DNA of 64,000 nt from Bacillota bacterium (GTDB taxonomy: Bacteria > Bacillota > DTU030 > DUMP01). The notes beneath the pieces are model-generated. The model was not told the DNA's origin, made no database searches, and saw only the letters and a list, made by a program, of their open reading frames with translations. The stretch spans positions 3,800 to 67,799 of the forward strand of contig DUNI01000171.1 of assembly GCA_012839445.1 (NCBI GenBank), written 5' to 3'. Of this stretch, positions 20,690-30,636 are shown piece by piece (within the stretch, counting starts at the first letter, position 1; each line of letters begins with the position of its first letter). A program made the position numbers and the translations under genes.

Positions 20690-22285
20690 CTAAAAATCAT
20701 CGAGTACCATATGAGCAACATTGTTAGCATGGTCTATCACCCGACCTAGGTTACCGATTACATCCAAAAACACCACTGCTGCGCCTGGTACACAAATACC
20801 TTCGTTTAAGCGACTGATATGTTTATCTCGATATGAACGTTCCATAATATCGGCTTGTTGTTCCCATTTAACTACTTTTCGAGCTAATTCTAGATTGTCT
20901 GTTCCTAGCGCTTCTAGAGCAGCATCTAATGATTTTCTTGCTAAATCAAACAGTTCACGGAGCTCGGCTCGAGCTTCAGATGAAAAAGTTATGCTTTTGT
21001 CGAGACGAGTGTTGATCAGGCGTACCAACTCGTATGCATGGTCACCTACACGCTCTAAATCATTAACGGCATGCAACAGACCGGTAATACGTCTCGAGGC
21101 GTTACTGTCTAGACCTTGCTGCGACAGTGTCGCCAGGAAAGCGGTAATTTCCATTTCCAACTCATCAATGACTTCTTCTTTTTGTTCAACCACTTCTACT
21201 TGCTTGTTATTATCTTCATATATACTAGCCATAGCGTCTTCAAGGCTAGACTTGGCTAATTCACCCATGCGCACCAATTCCTTGGTTACTTGACCAAGAG
21301 CAATGTTAACGGGTAAGCGAGATACATGCCTGTGATCTATGTATTTGAGGCCTCTCTCAAGGACTGCTTCTTCTCCAGGCAGCAGATTTTTAACCACACG
21401 TCCCATGCTTCCCAAGAAAGGTAAGAAAATCAAGGCATTGAGAAGATTGAACATGGTATGGGCATTTGCCACTTGGTGTGCTAGGTCAGAAGAAGTAAGC
21501 TGTACCAGTGATAGGAATGGTCTAAGGAAGGGTATGAAAACCACAGCCCCCAAGGTGTTAAATAGCAAGTGAATCAAAGCGGCGCGCCTGGCATTAAGGG
21601 ATGTGCCAACGCTAGCCAGCAAAGCAGTGACGGTTGTTCCTATGTTACTACCGAAAACTAGCCCCATAGCTGCTGGCAGCTCAATGATACCTTGGGTTGC
21701 TAAAGCAATAGTCATACCTATAGTGGCACTACTTGCTTGGATTATACCAGTCAATATGGCCCCGATAATAACACCCAGTATGGGATGCACACTCATTGTA
21801 GCCATCAACCGAAAGAAGAATGGATTGTCTCGCAAAGGCTCAACACTGGATGACATTATGTTCATACCTAAAAAAATAAGGCCAAATCCCAGGATAACCT
21901 CTCCTAATGTCTTACTCTGCGCTTCCCGTGCTAAAAAGAAAAGCATAAATCCAATGCCTATTGCCGGGAGAGCCAGTTCACTTAGATTTAAAGCAACCAA
22001 TTGAGCTGTAATGGTGGTACCTATATTGGCACCAAAAATAACACCGATAGCTTGTCCCAGTGAAAGCAAACCGGCATCCACAAAGCTTACCACCATGACT
22101 GTAGTGGCACTACTGCTTTGAATAAGAACAGTGATCCCGATACCTACGACAATACCCATAATGGGAGAATTAGTAAGCAGTTCAAGAATGCGCCGCAGTC
22201 TTTTCCCTGCAGCCTTCTCCAAACCTTCGCCCATCATATGAACACCAAATAAAAATAGCCCCGCACCGCCTAATAAACCCCACAA
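20690..22285 (-). CDS. Na/Pi cotransporter family protein with C-terminal PhoU-like repeats
   Basis: Repeated QSSSATT/QASSATI motifs and a PhoU-like helical C-terminus. Start uncertain: TTG 22285 is 17 nt from the SD, while an in-frame CTG at 22294 is 8 nt from it. Confidence 0.85.
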   Translation of the reverse strand: MWGLLGGAGLFLFGVHMMGEGLEKAAGKRLRRILELLTNSPIMGIVVGIGITVLIQSSSATTVMVVSFVDAGLLSLGQAIGVIFGANIGTTITAQLVALNLSELALPAIGIGFMLFFLAREAQSKTLGEVILGFGLIFLGMNIMSSSVEPLRDNPFFFRLMATMSVHPILGVIIGAILTGIIQASSATIGMTIALATQGIIELPAAMGLVFGSNIGTTVTALLASVGTSLNARRAALIHLLFNTLGAVVFIPFLRPFLSLVQLTSSDLAHQVANAHTMFNLLNALIFLPFLGSMGRVVKNLLPGEEAVLERGLKYIDHRHVSRLPVNIALGQVTKELVRMGELAKSSLEDAMASIYEDNNKQVEVVEQKEEVIDELEMEITAFLATLSQQGLDSNASRRITGLLHAVNDLERVGDHAYELVRLINTRLDKSITFSSEARAELRELFDLARKSLDAALEALGTDNLELARKVVKWEQQADIMERSYRDKHISRLNEGICVPGAAVVFLDVIGNLGRVIDHANNVAHMVLDDF

Positions 22286-22379
22286 GAGTTCCAGAGTATA
22301 AACCTCCCCTCAATTTGTCCGCTCTAATTATAACAATAAACCGAGCGGGGCGGTAGGGGCATACAAGAGAAAAGGGCAA

Positions 22380-22598
22380 TTACTTGACTTGGAAAGTAAC
22401 GACAGCTCCAGGAAACAAGGTAGGATCCAGAAAATCAGCAGGATTTGTGCTTAGGATACGGACGATGCTGGCATGTGACGCATCGGTTCTTTCTACCAGA
22501 ACTTTACAACCGCGAATATCTACTTCTTCGTAGGTGGGACGAAAATCTTCGCTACCGGCCAAGATTAATTCCAATGGTATAGGTGTATAGAGTATCAT
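22380..22598 (-). CDS. YlzJ-like small protein
   Basis: 72 aa with an ATGA overlap to tepA. Position after tepA matches the Bacillus tepA-ylzJ order. Confidence 0.55.
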   Translation of the reverse strand: MILYTPIPLELILAGSEDFRPTYEEVDIRGCKVLVERTDASHASIVRILSTNPADFLDPTLFPGAVVTFQVK

Positions 22599-23392
22599 TG
22601 AATAGGTCCCCCTGGTTGTGTTCTTTGTTCAGCAACAAGTTCATTTAGTCTTTTCAAGGCTTCTTCAACGCCCCCCTCGGCGTCAACAAGTCCAACGTCC
22701 ACAGCCTCTTTACCCACTAGTACAGTACCAATGTCTCTGGCCAATTCTCCCGTCCTAAACATGAGCTCGCGGAACTTAGCTTCAGAGACTCGAGAATGTT
22801 TTGTAACAAAGCGAACTACGCGATCTTGCATTTTGTCGAGATATTCGTATGTTTGGGGCACTCCAATTACCAAGCCGTTTAGTCTAATAGGATGCACAGT
22901 CATAGTGGCAGTAGTGGCAATAAACGAATAATCGGCACTGACTGCTATAGGAACACCTATGCTGTGCCCCCCACCAAGAATAAGTGAAACTGTAGGCTTA
23001 CTCATACTTACTATCATTTCCGCCAGGGCTAAGCCGGCTTCAACATCTCCGCCTACAGTATTTAGTATGATCAATAGGCCTAGGATCTTCGGATTTTGCT
23101 CTATTGCTACTAGTTGAGGGATGACATGCTCATATTTGGTAGTTTTATTCTGCGGTGGTAACACCAAATGACCTTCTATTTGACCTACAATGGTCATGCA
23201 ATGAATATGACTATCGGGTTGCTCAGGCGGCGCTAGTTGGCCTAGCTCCTGCAAATTACTAGCAGGAGTACCGGTAGGCTGGGGGGCAGGATTTGCCGGT
23301 GGCTGGGTTTGTTCTTGGCGTTGTAATTTATCCGGTGTTGTCCATGGCCAAGATGGGATCAATCCGAAGGGTGGATACGAAGGGTTATTCAA
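22595..23392 (-). CDS. tepA: ClpP-fold serine protease-like protein (TepA family)
   Basis: ClpP/crotonase-like core [14 protein letters not shown]...GGGHSIG after a Pro/Gln-rich N-terminus. TTG start with GAGGAGG at 9 nt. Confidence 0.75.
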   Translation of the reverse strand: MNNPSYPPFGLIPSWPWTTPDKLQRQEQTQPPANPAPQPTGTPASNLQELGQLAPPEQPDSHIHCMTIVGQIEGHLVLPPQNKTTKYEHVIPQLVAIEQNPKILGLLIILNTVGGDVEAGLALAEMIVSMSKPTVSLILGGGHSIGVPIAVSADYSFIATTATMTVHPIRLNGLVIGVPQTYEYLDKMQDRVVRFVTKHSRVSEAKFRELMFRTGELARDIGTVLVGKEAVDVGLVDAEGGVEEALKRLNELVAEQRTQPGGPIQ

Positions 23393-23583
23393 TTACCGTA
23401 ACCTCCTCTTAACTGCTTAAGGGCGTTGTGAAACACACATTAGATCAAGAAGTGGATCAAGTCTGGAAGTGTAAGGCTTGAATGTTAGCTGGCTTTCTGT
23501 AAGCAGGCGTGGTTAGATAGCTACTACTTAATACATGTTTAGTATGAGGTAAGGATAATGGTAATATACCCGGCTAAAAAGGA

Positions 23584-23610
23584 AGAAAAAACCCGGCCTT
23601 TAGCCGGGTT
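23584..23610 (-). terminator. intrinsic terminator after rnj
   Basis: AACCCGGC-TAAAG-GCCGGGTT followed by TTTTT. Confidence 0.8.
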
Positions 23611-23613
23611 AAG

Positions 23614-25278
23614 TTATATTTCCATGATGATGGGAAGCACCATGGGACGTCTTCGGGTACGTTCAAATAAGAATTTGCCTAACACATTACGCACTTGGCT
23701 TTTAATAGCAGACCATTCAGTGGCCCGAGTACTTTGGCATTTATCTAATGCTTGGCAGACCTTCTCCTTTGCTTCTTCCAGTAATTCTTCTGCTTCACGG
23801 ACATAGACAAAGCCGCGGGAAACAATATCCGGTCCAGCGACTACAGTACCTTTTTCTTTGTCCATGGTAACAACCACTATGATGATACCATCTTGAGATA
23901 GCTGCTTACGATCTCGTAAAACAATGTTACCTACATCACCTACACCCAAGCCATCTACCAATACTTTGCCAGCAGTAATACGTCCGGCAAGACGTGCTTT
24001 TTCCGGTGTAAACTCAACACTGATGCCATTTTCTATCACAATTATATTATCTGGCACCATGCCTACTTGTTGCGCTATGCGGGCGTGCCATACCAGCTGG
24101 CGATACTCACCGTGAATAGGAACGAAAAACTGTGGTTGAACTAAATTGAGCATCAGTTTGAGCTCTTCCCGACAGGCATGCCCAAAAGGATGACGCCATG
24201 AAGTTAGTTCGGGATAAACTTCCGCGCCGGCCTTAAATAGATTATCAATATGACGCGCTACGGTTTTCTCACTTCCAGGTCCAGGTGGTGCTACTAAGAC
24301 CACAGTGTCACCCGTTTGTACCGGTACTGTCGGCTGTTGTGAGTTGTAACGAGTAGCACCGGTAGTTTCAAGACTATCGAATCCGGAAACAACGATTACT
24401 TGTTTGTTAGGTGGTAATTCATTGGTTTTAGGATCGAAAAGAGCAGAAGAAGGAAAGGAAAGTTGGCCGACCTGTCGAGCTAAATTAAGCATATCCATAC
24501 CGTTTTGCCATGAAATGTGAGTACGGCGACCAAAGGCTGTTGCTACATTAATTACTTGCTGCAATCGATATAAGCTGGCACCGTAACCCACCATGATTAC
24601 ACGACCGGTAGCATTCTTAAGGATATTACGAATAGCCGTACCGGTTTCTCGTTCAGAGGGAGAATATCCTGCTACTTCTGCGTTAGTACTATCAGACAGC
24701 AACAGAAATACTCCTTCTCGGCCTAATTCAGCCAGACGATGAATGTCAGTAAAATGCCCATTCGGAGGGGTTTGGTCAAAATGAAAGTCGCCTGTGTGAA
24801 CCACTTTTCCACATGGGGTGGATACAACTACTGCTGCAGCACCTGGCAGGGTGTGGCTGACGTTTATCAATTCGACCTTAAAATCCCCTAATGCTATTTG
24901 CTCACCGGAATTTACACTTTTAAGATCCGCATTCTTTACTCCAGCTGCTTTTAAGTTGGCCCGTGCGATTCCTGCTGTCATGGGAGTTGTAATGATTGGG
25001 ACAGAAATTTGTCTTAACAGATACGGTAAAGCCCCAATATGACCTTCATGGCCGTGGGTCAGTATTATACCACGGACCTTATCTTGGTTTTCAAGCAAGT
25101 AAGTGATATCGGGTATAACAAGATCAATCCCTAAAAGCTCCTCTTCTGGAATCATGCACCCGCAATCAATGGCGATAATGTCTCGTTCAGTTTCTAAGAG
25201 AAGCATATTCTTACCCCGTTCCCCTACTCCGCCCAAGGGAACTAGGGTAAGTTTATTATTTGTGTCAAGGGTCAACAA
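23614..25278 (-). CDS. rnj: ribonuclease J
   Basis: Metallo-beta-lactamase HGHEGHIG, beta-CASP and a C-terminal domain; 554 aa. TTG start after GGAGGTG. Confidence 0.93.
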   Translation of the reverse strand: MLTLDTNNKLTLVPLGGVGERGKNMLLLETERDIIAIDCGCMIPEEELLGIDLVIPDITYLLENQDKVRGIILTHGHEGHIGALPYLLRQISVPIITTPMTAGIARANLKAAGVKNADLKSVNSGEQIALGDFKVELINVSHTLPGAAAVVVSTPCGKVVHTGDFHFDQTPPNGHFTDIHRLAELGREGVFLLLSDSTNAEVAGYSPSERETGTAIRNILKNATGRVIMVGYGASLYRLQQVINVATAFGRRTHISWQNGMDMLNLARQVGQLSFPSSALFDPKTNELPPNKQVIVVSGFDSLETTGATRYNSQQPTVPVQTGDTVVLVAPPGPGSEKTVARHIDNLFKAGAEVYPELTSWRHPFGHACREELKLMLNLVQPQFFVPIHGEYRQLVWHARIAQQVGMVPDNIIVIENGISVEFTPEKARLAGRITAGKVLVDGLGVGDVGNIVLRDRKQLSQDGIIIVVVTMDKEKGTVVAGPDIVSRGFVYVREAEELLEEAKEKVCQALDKCQSTRATEWSAIKSQVRNVLGKFLFERTRRRPMVLPIIMEI

Positions 25279-25300
25279 AACACCTCCTACGTATTTACAT

Positions 25301-25333
25301 AAAAAAACTCCCTGGGCTTCTTACCACCAGGGA
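25301..25333 (-). promoter_or_regulatory. terminator-like hairpin plus U7 inside the rnj 5' leader (candidate attenuator)
   Basis: TCCCTGG-loop-CCAGGGA followed by GTTTTTTT, about 20 nt upstream of the rnj SD and downstream of the predicted promoter. Confidence 0.5.
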
Positions 25334-25384
25334 TAAAGCCCGGCCTTTTGCCAACTCACACCCGCTCTGTAGCCTCTAAGAGTT

Positions 25385-25414
25385 ATTATACCCCGAATTG
25401 GCATGGTATTACAA
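25385..25414 (-). promoter_or_regulatory. sigma-A-type promoter of rnj
   Basis: TTGTAA, 18 nt spacer, TATAAT. Confidence 0.6.
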
Positions 25415-25478
25415 TAGCCGGGTAGCCAAGATTTGTTAGAGAGCAAAGGAGGGAAGAATCCCCCCTTTGTATCCTTTT

Positions 25479-26366
25479 CTAAAGAAGCTCTACTTCCGTG
25501 AGAACTTCTCTTAGATACTCTTCTTCTTGTTCTGTAAGGTCTAACAATGGTGGCCTTAAACCGCCTACAGGAAAGCCGACAAGTCTAAGACTGGATTTCA
25601 GAGGTGCAGGGCTAGTTGTAAAGAAAAGGCCTTTAAATATTGGGAAGTATTTCAAATGAATATCTTTGGCAACTTCCCAATTACCTTTAGAAAAGTTGGT
25701 AATCATGTCTCTAATTTGGCCTGCAATTAAATGCGATGCCACCGATACAATTCCTTTAGCTCCCAAAGATAGCATAGGTAAAGTAAGACTGTCATCGCCA
25801 CTGTACACACTGAAATCACTTGGAACCCGTCGACATATTTCGGATACCTGGTCTATGTTGCCACCGGCTTCTTTGAGTGCAACAATGTTTGGCACATCAT
25901 TAGCCAAGCGAATTACGGTATCTGGATCGATATTGCGACCAGTACGGCCGGGAACATTGTAGATCATCACCGGCAGTGTTGTTGAGGTGGCTACTGCTTT
26001 AAAGTGTTCGTATAAGGCATTTTGAGGTGGCTTGTTATAGTATGGGGTAACTAACAATATGGCATCCCCACCTACTTCTTCAGCCATCTTAGTTAAGGCA
26101 ATGCTCTGTTCAGTGTTATATGTTCCTGTACCCAACATCACTGGCACACGCCCTCTGGCTGCTTTAAGAACCGTCTTCCAAAGAGCTACTTTTTCTTCAT
26201 TCTCTAAAGTAGGAGATTCACCAGTGGTTCCAGTGACCAGGAGACCATCAGAACCCATATCAATTAATCGATTTGTAAGTTCAACCATTCTTTCTAGGTC
26301 TAATTTAAGATCATCTGTGAATGGTGTTGCCATAGCCGTAATAACGGTACCTAATTCTGCTGTCAT
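25479..26366 (-). CDS. dapA: 4-hydroxy-tetrahydrodipicolinate synthase
   Basis: GTTGE, YNVPGRT and a KEA active-site lysine region. ATG 26366 preferred (GGGAGGTG at 6 nt) over the track start at GTG 26375. Confidence 0.93.
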   Translation of the reverse strand: MTAELGTVITAMATPFTDDLKLDLERMVELTNRLIDMGSDGLLVTGTTGESPTLENEEKVALWKTVLKAARGRVPVMLGTGTYNTEQSIALTKMAEEVGGDAILLVTPYYNKPPQNALYEHFKAVATSTTLPVMIYNVPGRTGRNIDPDTVIRLANDVPNIVALKEAGGNIDQVSEICRRVPSDFSVYSGDDSLTLPMLSLGAKGIVSVASHLIAGQIRDMITNFSKGNWEVAKDIHLKYFPIFKGLFFTTSPAPLKSSLRLVGFPVGGLRPPLLDLTEQEEEYLREVLTEVELL

Positions 26367-26379
26367 TAAAGGCACCTCC

Positions 26380-27597
26380 CTATTTTCCTAGCCCAAAGCC
26401 TTCATGCAGGGCACAAATAGCCTTTTGGGTATCCTCCGACCTTACCAAACAGGATATAGTTGCATGGGAATCTGCAGTTTGCAAAATCTCCACACCGGCA
26501 CCATTTAGTACTTCCACAACCCTTGCCATTACACCGGGTACACCGCGCATGCCTGCACCAACTACAGATACTTTGGCCAGTCCTTGAGTCACTGTAACTT
26601 CAAATTCAGCTTGTTCTAATTCTTGGTATGCTTTGGGAAGATCAGCCTCGGCAATTGTAAAAATTTTCATTTCCGGAAAGACGTTGATCAAGTCAATGCT
26701 TATTCCAACATCTGCCAAGGTTTTAAACAGCCTTGTTTCTTTTGCCTTATCCTCCTTTGGAAGCCTTACTTTGAATTGTACAATATTAGAAAGGTGGGCA
26801 ATACCTGTGATAAGCCGATCTGGTCCTAGCTTTAGTCTGCCAGGGCAATGAACTCCCCGAGTAACTAAGGTGCCGGGTTCATTGGCAAACGTAGATCGGA
26901 CATGTAAAGGGATGTTGTACTGCATTGCCAGCTCCAGCGCTCTAGGGTGGACAATTTTGGCACCCTGGTAAGCCAATTGAGCCACTTCTTCGTAAGTAAC
27001 AACATCTAGAATATGAGCTTCTCCAACTAGATGGGGGTCAGCCGTCATGACTCCTTCCACATCAGTAAAAATCTCCACTGCCTTTGCATCCAAAGCTGCT
27101 CCTATAGCGGTAGCGGTTGTGTCACTACCGCCGCGGCCTAAAGTGGTAATGTCTCCGCTAGGTGTTTTTCCTTGAAAACCGGCTACTATCGGAATAAAGC
27201 CTTCTTTGAGAATCCCTAATAAGGGTTCCGGTAGTACTTCGATAATACGGGCATCCCCAAATTCGGCATCAGTAATGATTCCAGCCTGGCCCCCGGTAAG
27301 AGCTCTTGCTGGATAACCTGCTTTTGTCAACAAGGCTGATATTATTGTGCATGAAATGACTTCTCCACAGGAAAGGAGTAAATCTCGTTCCCGTTTTGGC
27401 ACATTTGATCCCGCTTCAGTCATCAGCTCCAGTAGCGTGTCGGTGGCATATGGGTCACCTTTACGGCCAATGGCAGAAATAACAACCACAGGTGATTGAC
27501 CTTCTTCTTTGGCTTGAATAATTCGCTTTACCACTTGATCTCTAGCTGCTTGTGTAGCTACAGACGTTCCACCAAACTTTTGCACCACTATTTTCAT
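26380..27597 (-). CDS. aspartate kinase with C-terminal ACT domains
   Basis: MKIVVQKFGGTSV..., GRGGSDTTA and two ACT-like repeats. ATG 27597 preferred (GAGGAG at 9 nt). Confidence 0.9.
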   Translation of the reverse strand: MKIVVQKFGGTSVATQAARDQVVKRIIQAKEEGQSPVVVISAIGRKGDPYATDTLLELMTEAGSNVPKRERDLLLSCGEVISCTIISALLTKAGYPARALTGGQAGIITDAEFGDARIIEVLPEPLLGILKEGFIPIVAGFQGKTPSGDITTLGRGGSDTTATAIGAALDAKAVEIFTDVEGVMTADPHLVGEAHILDVVTYEEVAQLAYQGAKIVHPRALELAMQYNIPLHVRSTFANEPGTLVTRGVHCPGRLKLGPDRLITGIAHLSNIVQFKVRLPKEDKAKETRLFKTLADVGISIDLINVFPEMKIFTIAEADLPKAYQELEQAEFEVTVTQGLAKVSVVGAGMRGVPGVMARVVEVLNGAGVEILQTADSHATISCLVRSEDTQKAICALHEGFGLGK

Positions 27598-27613
27598 GGG
27601 TGACACTCCTCTT

Positions 27614-28624
27614 TTACAGTAAGCCATCCTGAATTAGGAGCTCTGCGATCTGAACACCGTTTAATGCAGCCCCTTTGCGGACATTATCGGCAACGATCCA
27701 CAGGTTTAAGCCATTGGCAATACTGAAGTCTTCTCTAATGCGTCCAACAAATACTTCATCTCGGCCAGCAGCCAAAGTAGGAAGCGGATATTTAAGGTGA
27801 CTGGGATCATCAAAAACTAAAACACCGGGGGCTGATTTCAGGATTTCCCGAGCGGTTTCAGGGCTTAGCTTATGTTTTGTTTCTATGTTAACCGCCTCAG
27901 AATGGCCATAAGAGACCGGTACACGTACAGTAGTAGCCGTAACAGCTATGCCAGGCCCCATAACCTTTTGGGTTTCCCGTACCATCTTCCATTCTTCTAG
28001 GGTATAACCGGTGTCATCAAAGGTATCAATATGAGGGAGAACATTAAAAGCGATTTGATAAGGATAAACTTTAGGTTCAACTTTCTCACCGGCTAATAAC
28101 CGTTGCGACTGATCATGCAGCTCAGCGATAGCTTCAAGTCCGGTGCCGGATACCGCTTGGTAGGTTGATACCACCACCCGCTTTATCTGTGCATGATCGT
28201 GTAGTGGTTTCAGTGCCACCAGCATCTGGATAGTAGAACAGTTAGGGTTAGCTATTAGCCCTTGGTGGTTGCGGACAGCTTCCGGATTTACTTCGGGCAC
28301 CACCAATGGCACTTCAGCTTCCATACGAAAAGCATTGCTGTTATCCACTACCACAGCCCCGCGTTTCACTGCTTCCGGTGCCAGGCGACGGCTGATATCA
28401 GTTCCGGCTGAGAACAGCGCTAAGTCAACACCATCAAAGGCCTCGGGCCTAGCTTCCTGAATAGTTAATGCTTGGTCTTTAAAACCAATTTGTCGACCGG
28501 CAGATCGTGAAGATGCTAAGGGTACCAGAGTGCCCACTGGGAAATTGCGTTCTTCCAGCATATTGAGCATGGTTTGACCTACGGCTCCGGTGGCACCCAC
28601 AACTGCTACGGTGTATTGTCTCAC
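27614..28624 (-). CDS. asd: aspartate-semialdehyde dehydrogenase
   Basis: VAVVGATGAVGQ and active-site NPNCSTI. GTG 28624 preferred, because the track start lies inside the SD GGTGGAGG. Confidence 0.93.
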   Translation of the reverse strand: MRQYTVAVVGATGAVGQTMLNMLEERNFPVGTLVPLASSRSAGRQIGFKDQALTIQEARPEAFDGVDLALFSAGTDISRRLAPEAVKRGAVVVDNSNAFRMEAEVPLVVPEVNPEAVRNHQGLIANPNCSTIQMLVALKPLHDHAQIKRVVVSTYQAVSGTGLEAIAELHDQSQRLLAGEKVEPKVYPYQIAFNVLPHIDTFDDTGYTLEEWKMVRETQKVMGPGIAVTATTVRVPVSYGHSEAVNIETKHKLSPETAREILKSAPGVLVFDDPSHLKYPLPTLAAGRDEVFVGRIREDFSIANGLNLWIVADNVRKGAALNGVQIAELLIQDGLL

Positions 28625-28648
28625 AAATATTACCTCCACCCGTCTGGA

Positions 28649-29449
28649 TTATAGATCTAAAAGGTTCTCTAACCCATATACAACTCCTTCTAGTTCTTGC
28701 ACCTTCTTTACCGCTAAGAGCACGCCCGGCACAAATGATTCTCGACTGATGGAGTCGTGTTTTAAGGTTAGGCTTTGGCCTAATCCACCAAAGACAATGG
28801 CATGATGAGCAACGAATCCCGGTAAGCGTAAACTATGAATCTTAATGCCTTCCAAGTTTCCTCCACGTACGTGGGGAACTTTTTCAATCTGAGTCTGTTC
28901 GGCGTTGCATTTTCCTGCTGCCTTGGCTATCGTTTCAGCATACTTGATGGCTGTGCCTGAAGGCGCGTCTAATTTTTGGTTATGGTGTGTTTCAATGATT
29001 TCTACCTGAGGGAAATAGCGTGCAGCTTGCTGAGCAAATTTTAGCAGCATAATTGCGCCTATGGCAAAATTGGGCGAAATAACTGCATTGACCTTATGTT
29101 CCTCATAAAAGGTGGCAATCTCAGCAATGTCTACTTCTGTTATCCCCGTGGTTCCAACGACAGCATGGGCTCCATTTTGGGCAATTGCTTTGAGATTATT
29201 CTTAATTACAGCAGGGCGAGTAAAATCCACTACAACCTCTGCGTGAGTGCGCCTAATGGTACCAGGTAGATCTGGCGAAAGTTGTATCCCAATAGGTTGT
29301 TGGCCAACGAGCGCACCTACATCTTCGCCGATACCATTTTTATGCCCGACGGCACCGACCAGTTTCAGCGCGGGATCAGCAAGGATCCCTTTGATTATTT
29401 CTTTGCCCACCTTGCCGTTGGCACCAGAGACCAGCACCCGAATTCCCAC
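28649..29449 (-). CDS. dapB: 4-hydroxy-tetrahydrodipicolinate reductase
   Basis: GANGKVGKE and the signature E.HH..K.DAPSGTA. Confidence 0.92.
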   Translation of the reverse strand: MGIRVLVSGANGKVGKEIIKGILADPALKLVGAVGHKNGIGEDVGALVGQQPIGIQLSPDLPGTIRRTHAEVVVDFTRPAVIKNNLKAIAQNGAHAVVGTTGITEVDIAEIATFYEEHKVNAVISPNFAIGAIMLLKFAQQAARYFPQVEIIETHHNQKLDAPSGTAIKYAETIAKAAGKCNAEQTQIEKVPHVRGGNLEGIKIHSLRLPGFVAHHAIVFGGLGQSLTLKHDSISRESFVPGVLLAVKKVQELEGVVYGLENLLDL

Positions 29450-29493
29450 GTTACTTCACCTCCGCTCCATGTCAACAGATTACGTATATTCTC

Positions 29494-29763
29494 CTATAAA
29501 TTCCTAAAGGTGTCAATATCAGTCTCGGCACCAACATCTAATATAATGACTTCTCTACCTATTTTCTTAATGGCCTCCCAGGGAATGATCGATATATACT
29601 TTTCGGCAAATAGTTGCAACAGTCTGTTGCGATTACTTATTTCTAAGCCAACGATTTGTCCTGTGTCAGCGTCAAACACTAAATCAGCATCGCCAAAGTA
29701 GCCGATACGACGTCCGTCCTGTAGATTGATCAGCTCCTTGTCTTCAAGTTGTCTTAACCGCAT
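29494..29763 (-). CDS. YlmC/YmxH-family PRC-barrel sporulation protein
   Basis: 89 aa with L..KE(L)INL.DG..IG...D..FD..TG.I..L. Confidence 0.75.
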   Translation of the reverse strand: MRLRQLEDKELINLQDGRRIGYFGDADLVFDADTGQIVGLEISNRNRLLQLFAEKYISIIPWEAIKKIGREVIILDVGAETDIDTFRNL

Positions 29764-29794
29764 GAACCCTCACCCCTCTTCTTTGAGACCAGTT

Positions 29795-30130
29795 TTATGA
29801 GGGCCGGCGAGAAATAAATACAAAGTAGGGTTGAAGAATAGCTATGAGAAGTGATATGGCTGCCATAGGCTCAAACCGCAATCCAAAGATTACCACCTGT
29901 TCGGGTATGGTAATCTGTAGAAAGTTTCGAACCAGTAGCAAAGCGAGATAAACTCCACCGGCAGTGGCTAAAAGATCCACTATTGCTTGGGAAAAGACTG
30001 ATTCACGAGGCTCAACAGGTATCTCCCGACTGCGCTTCCAAAATCGGTCTGTTTGCACTCTTTTGCACAAAGAAAGATAAATCAAAGCCAATAGAACGAT
30101 AAGTAGAAGAACCCGGAGCACAAAAAACAC
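29795..30130 (-). CDS. hypothetical small membrane protein
   Basis: 111 aa with 3 predicted hydrophobic helices. No family recognised. Confidence 0.4.
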   Translation of the reverse strand: MFFVLRVLLLIVLLALIYLSLCKRVQTDRFWKRSREIPVEPRESVFSQAIVDLLATAGGVYLALLLVRNFLQITIPEQVVIFGLRFEPMAAISLLIAILQPYFVFISRRPS

Positions 30131-30177
30131 CCCCCAGACCTCTCTGGTAATCTTATGCAGAGGGTGTGAAGGAGATG

Positions 30178-30636
30178 CTATCGACCTGTATGACCAAATC
30201 CGCCGCTGCCTCGATGAGTAGACGTTAGTTCTTCTACTTCCTCAAACTGCGCTCGGATGGTAGTATGAATGACACATTGTGCAATACGTTCTCCCCGACA
30301 GAGGGTAACGGGTTTGGAGCCCAGATTTATTAGCAAGACCATTATTTCACCCCGATAGTCGCTGTCCACAGTACCAGGGGTATTTAGTACGGTAAGACCA
30401 TATTTTAAGGCTAGACCACTTCGAGGTCTTAGTTGAGCCTCAAAACCGGGTGGTAAAGCCATGCTTATTCCTGTTGGAACTAGGGTTCGGTCTCCTGGTT
30501 GCAATGTGATGGGTTCTTGCACAGCTGCGTACAGGTCTAATCCTGCAGCCCCAGGTGTTTGGTAAGCAGGTAAGGGCAGGTTGTTGCCGTGAGGGAGGCG
30601 TTTGATTTTCACTTGTAGCTTTGTAGAAGTTACCAT
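30178..30636 (-). CDS. dut: dUTP diphosphatase
   Basis: [20 protein letters not shown] and C-terminal RG.GGFGHTG motifs. Confidence 0.92.
   Translation of the reverse strand: MVTSTKLQVKIKRLPHGNNLPLPAYQTPGAAGLDLYAAVQEPITLQPGDRTLVPTGISMALPPGFEAQLRPRSGLALKYGLTVLNTPGTVDSDYRGEIMVLLINLGSKPVTLCRGERIAQCVIHTTIRAQFEEVEELTSTHRGSGGFGHTGR

Noticed and set aside
20721-21293. 190 aa plus-strand ORF, along with many other 60-140 aa plus-strand ORFs in the track.
   Set aside because: They lie antisense within well-supported minus-strand genes, have low-complexity Ser/Arg/Ala-rich translations and no SD. They are shadow ORFs.
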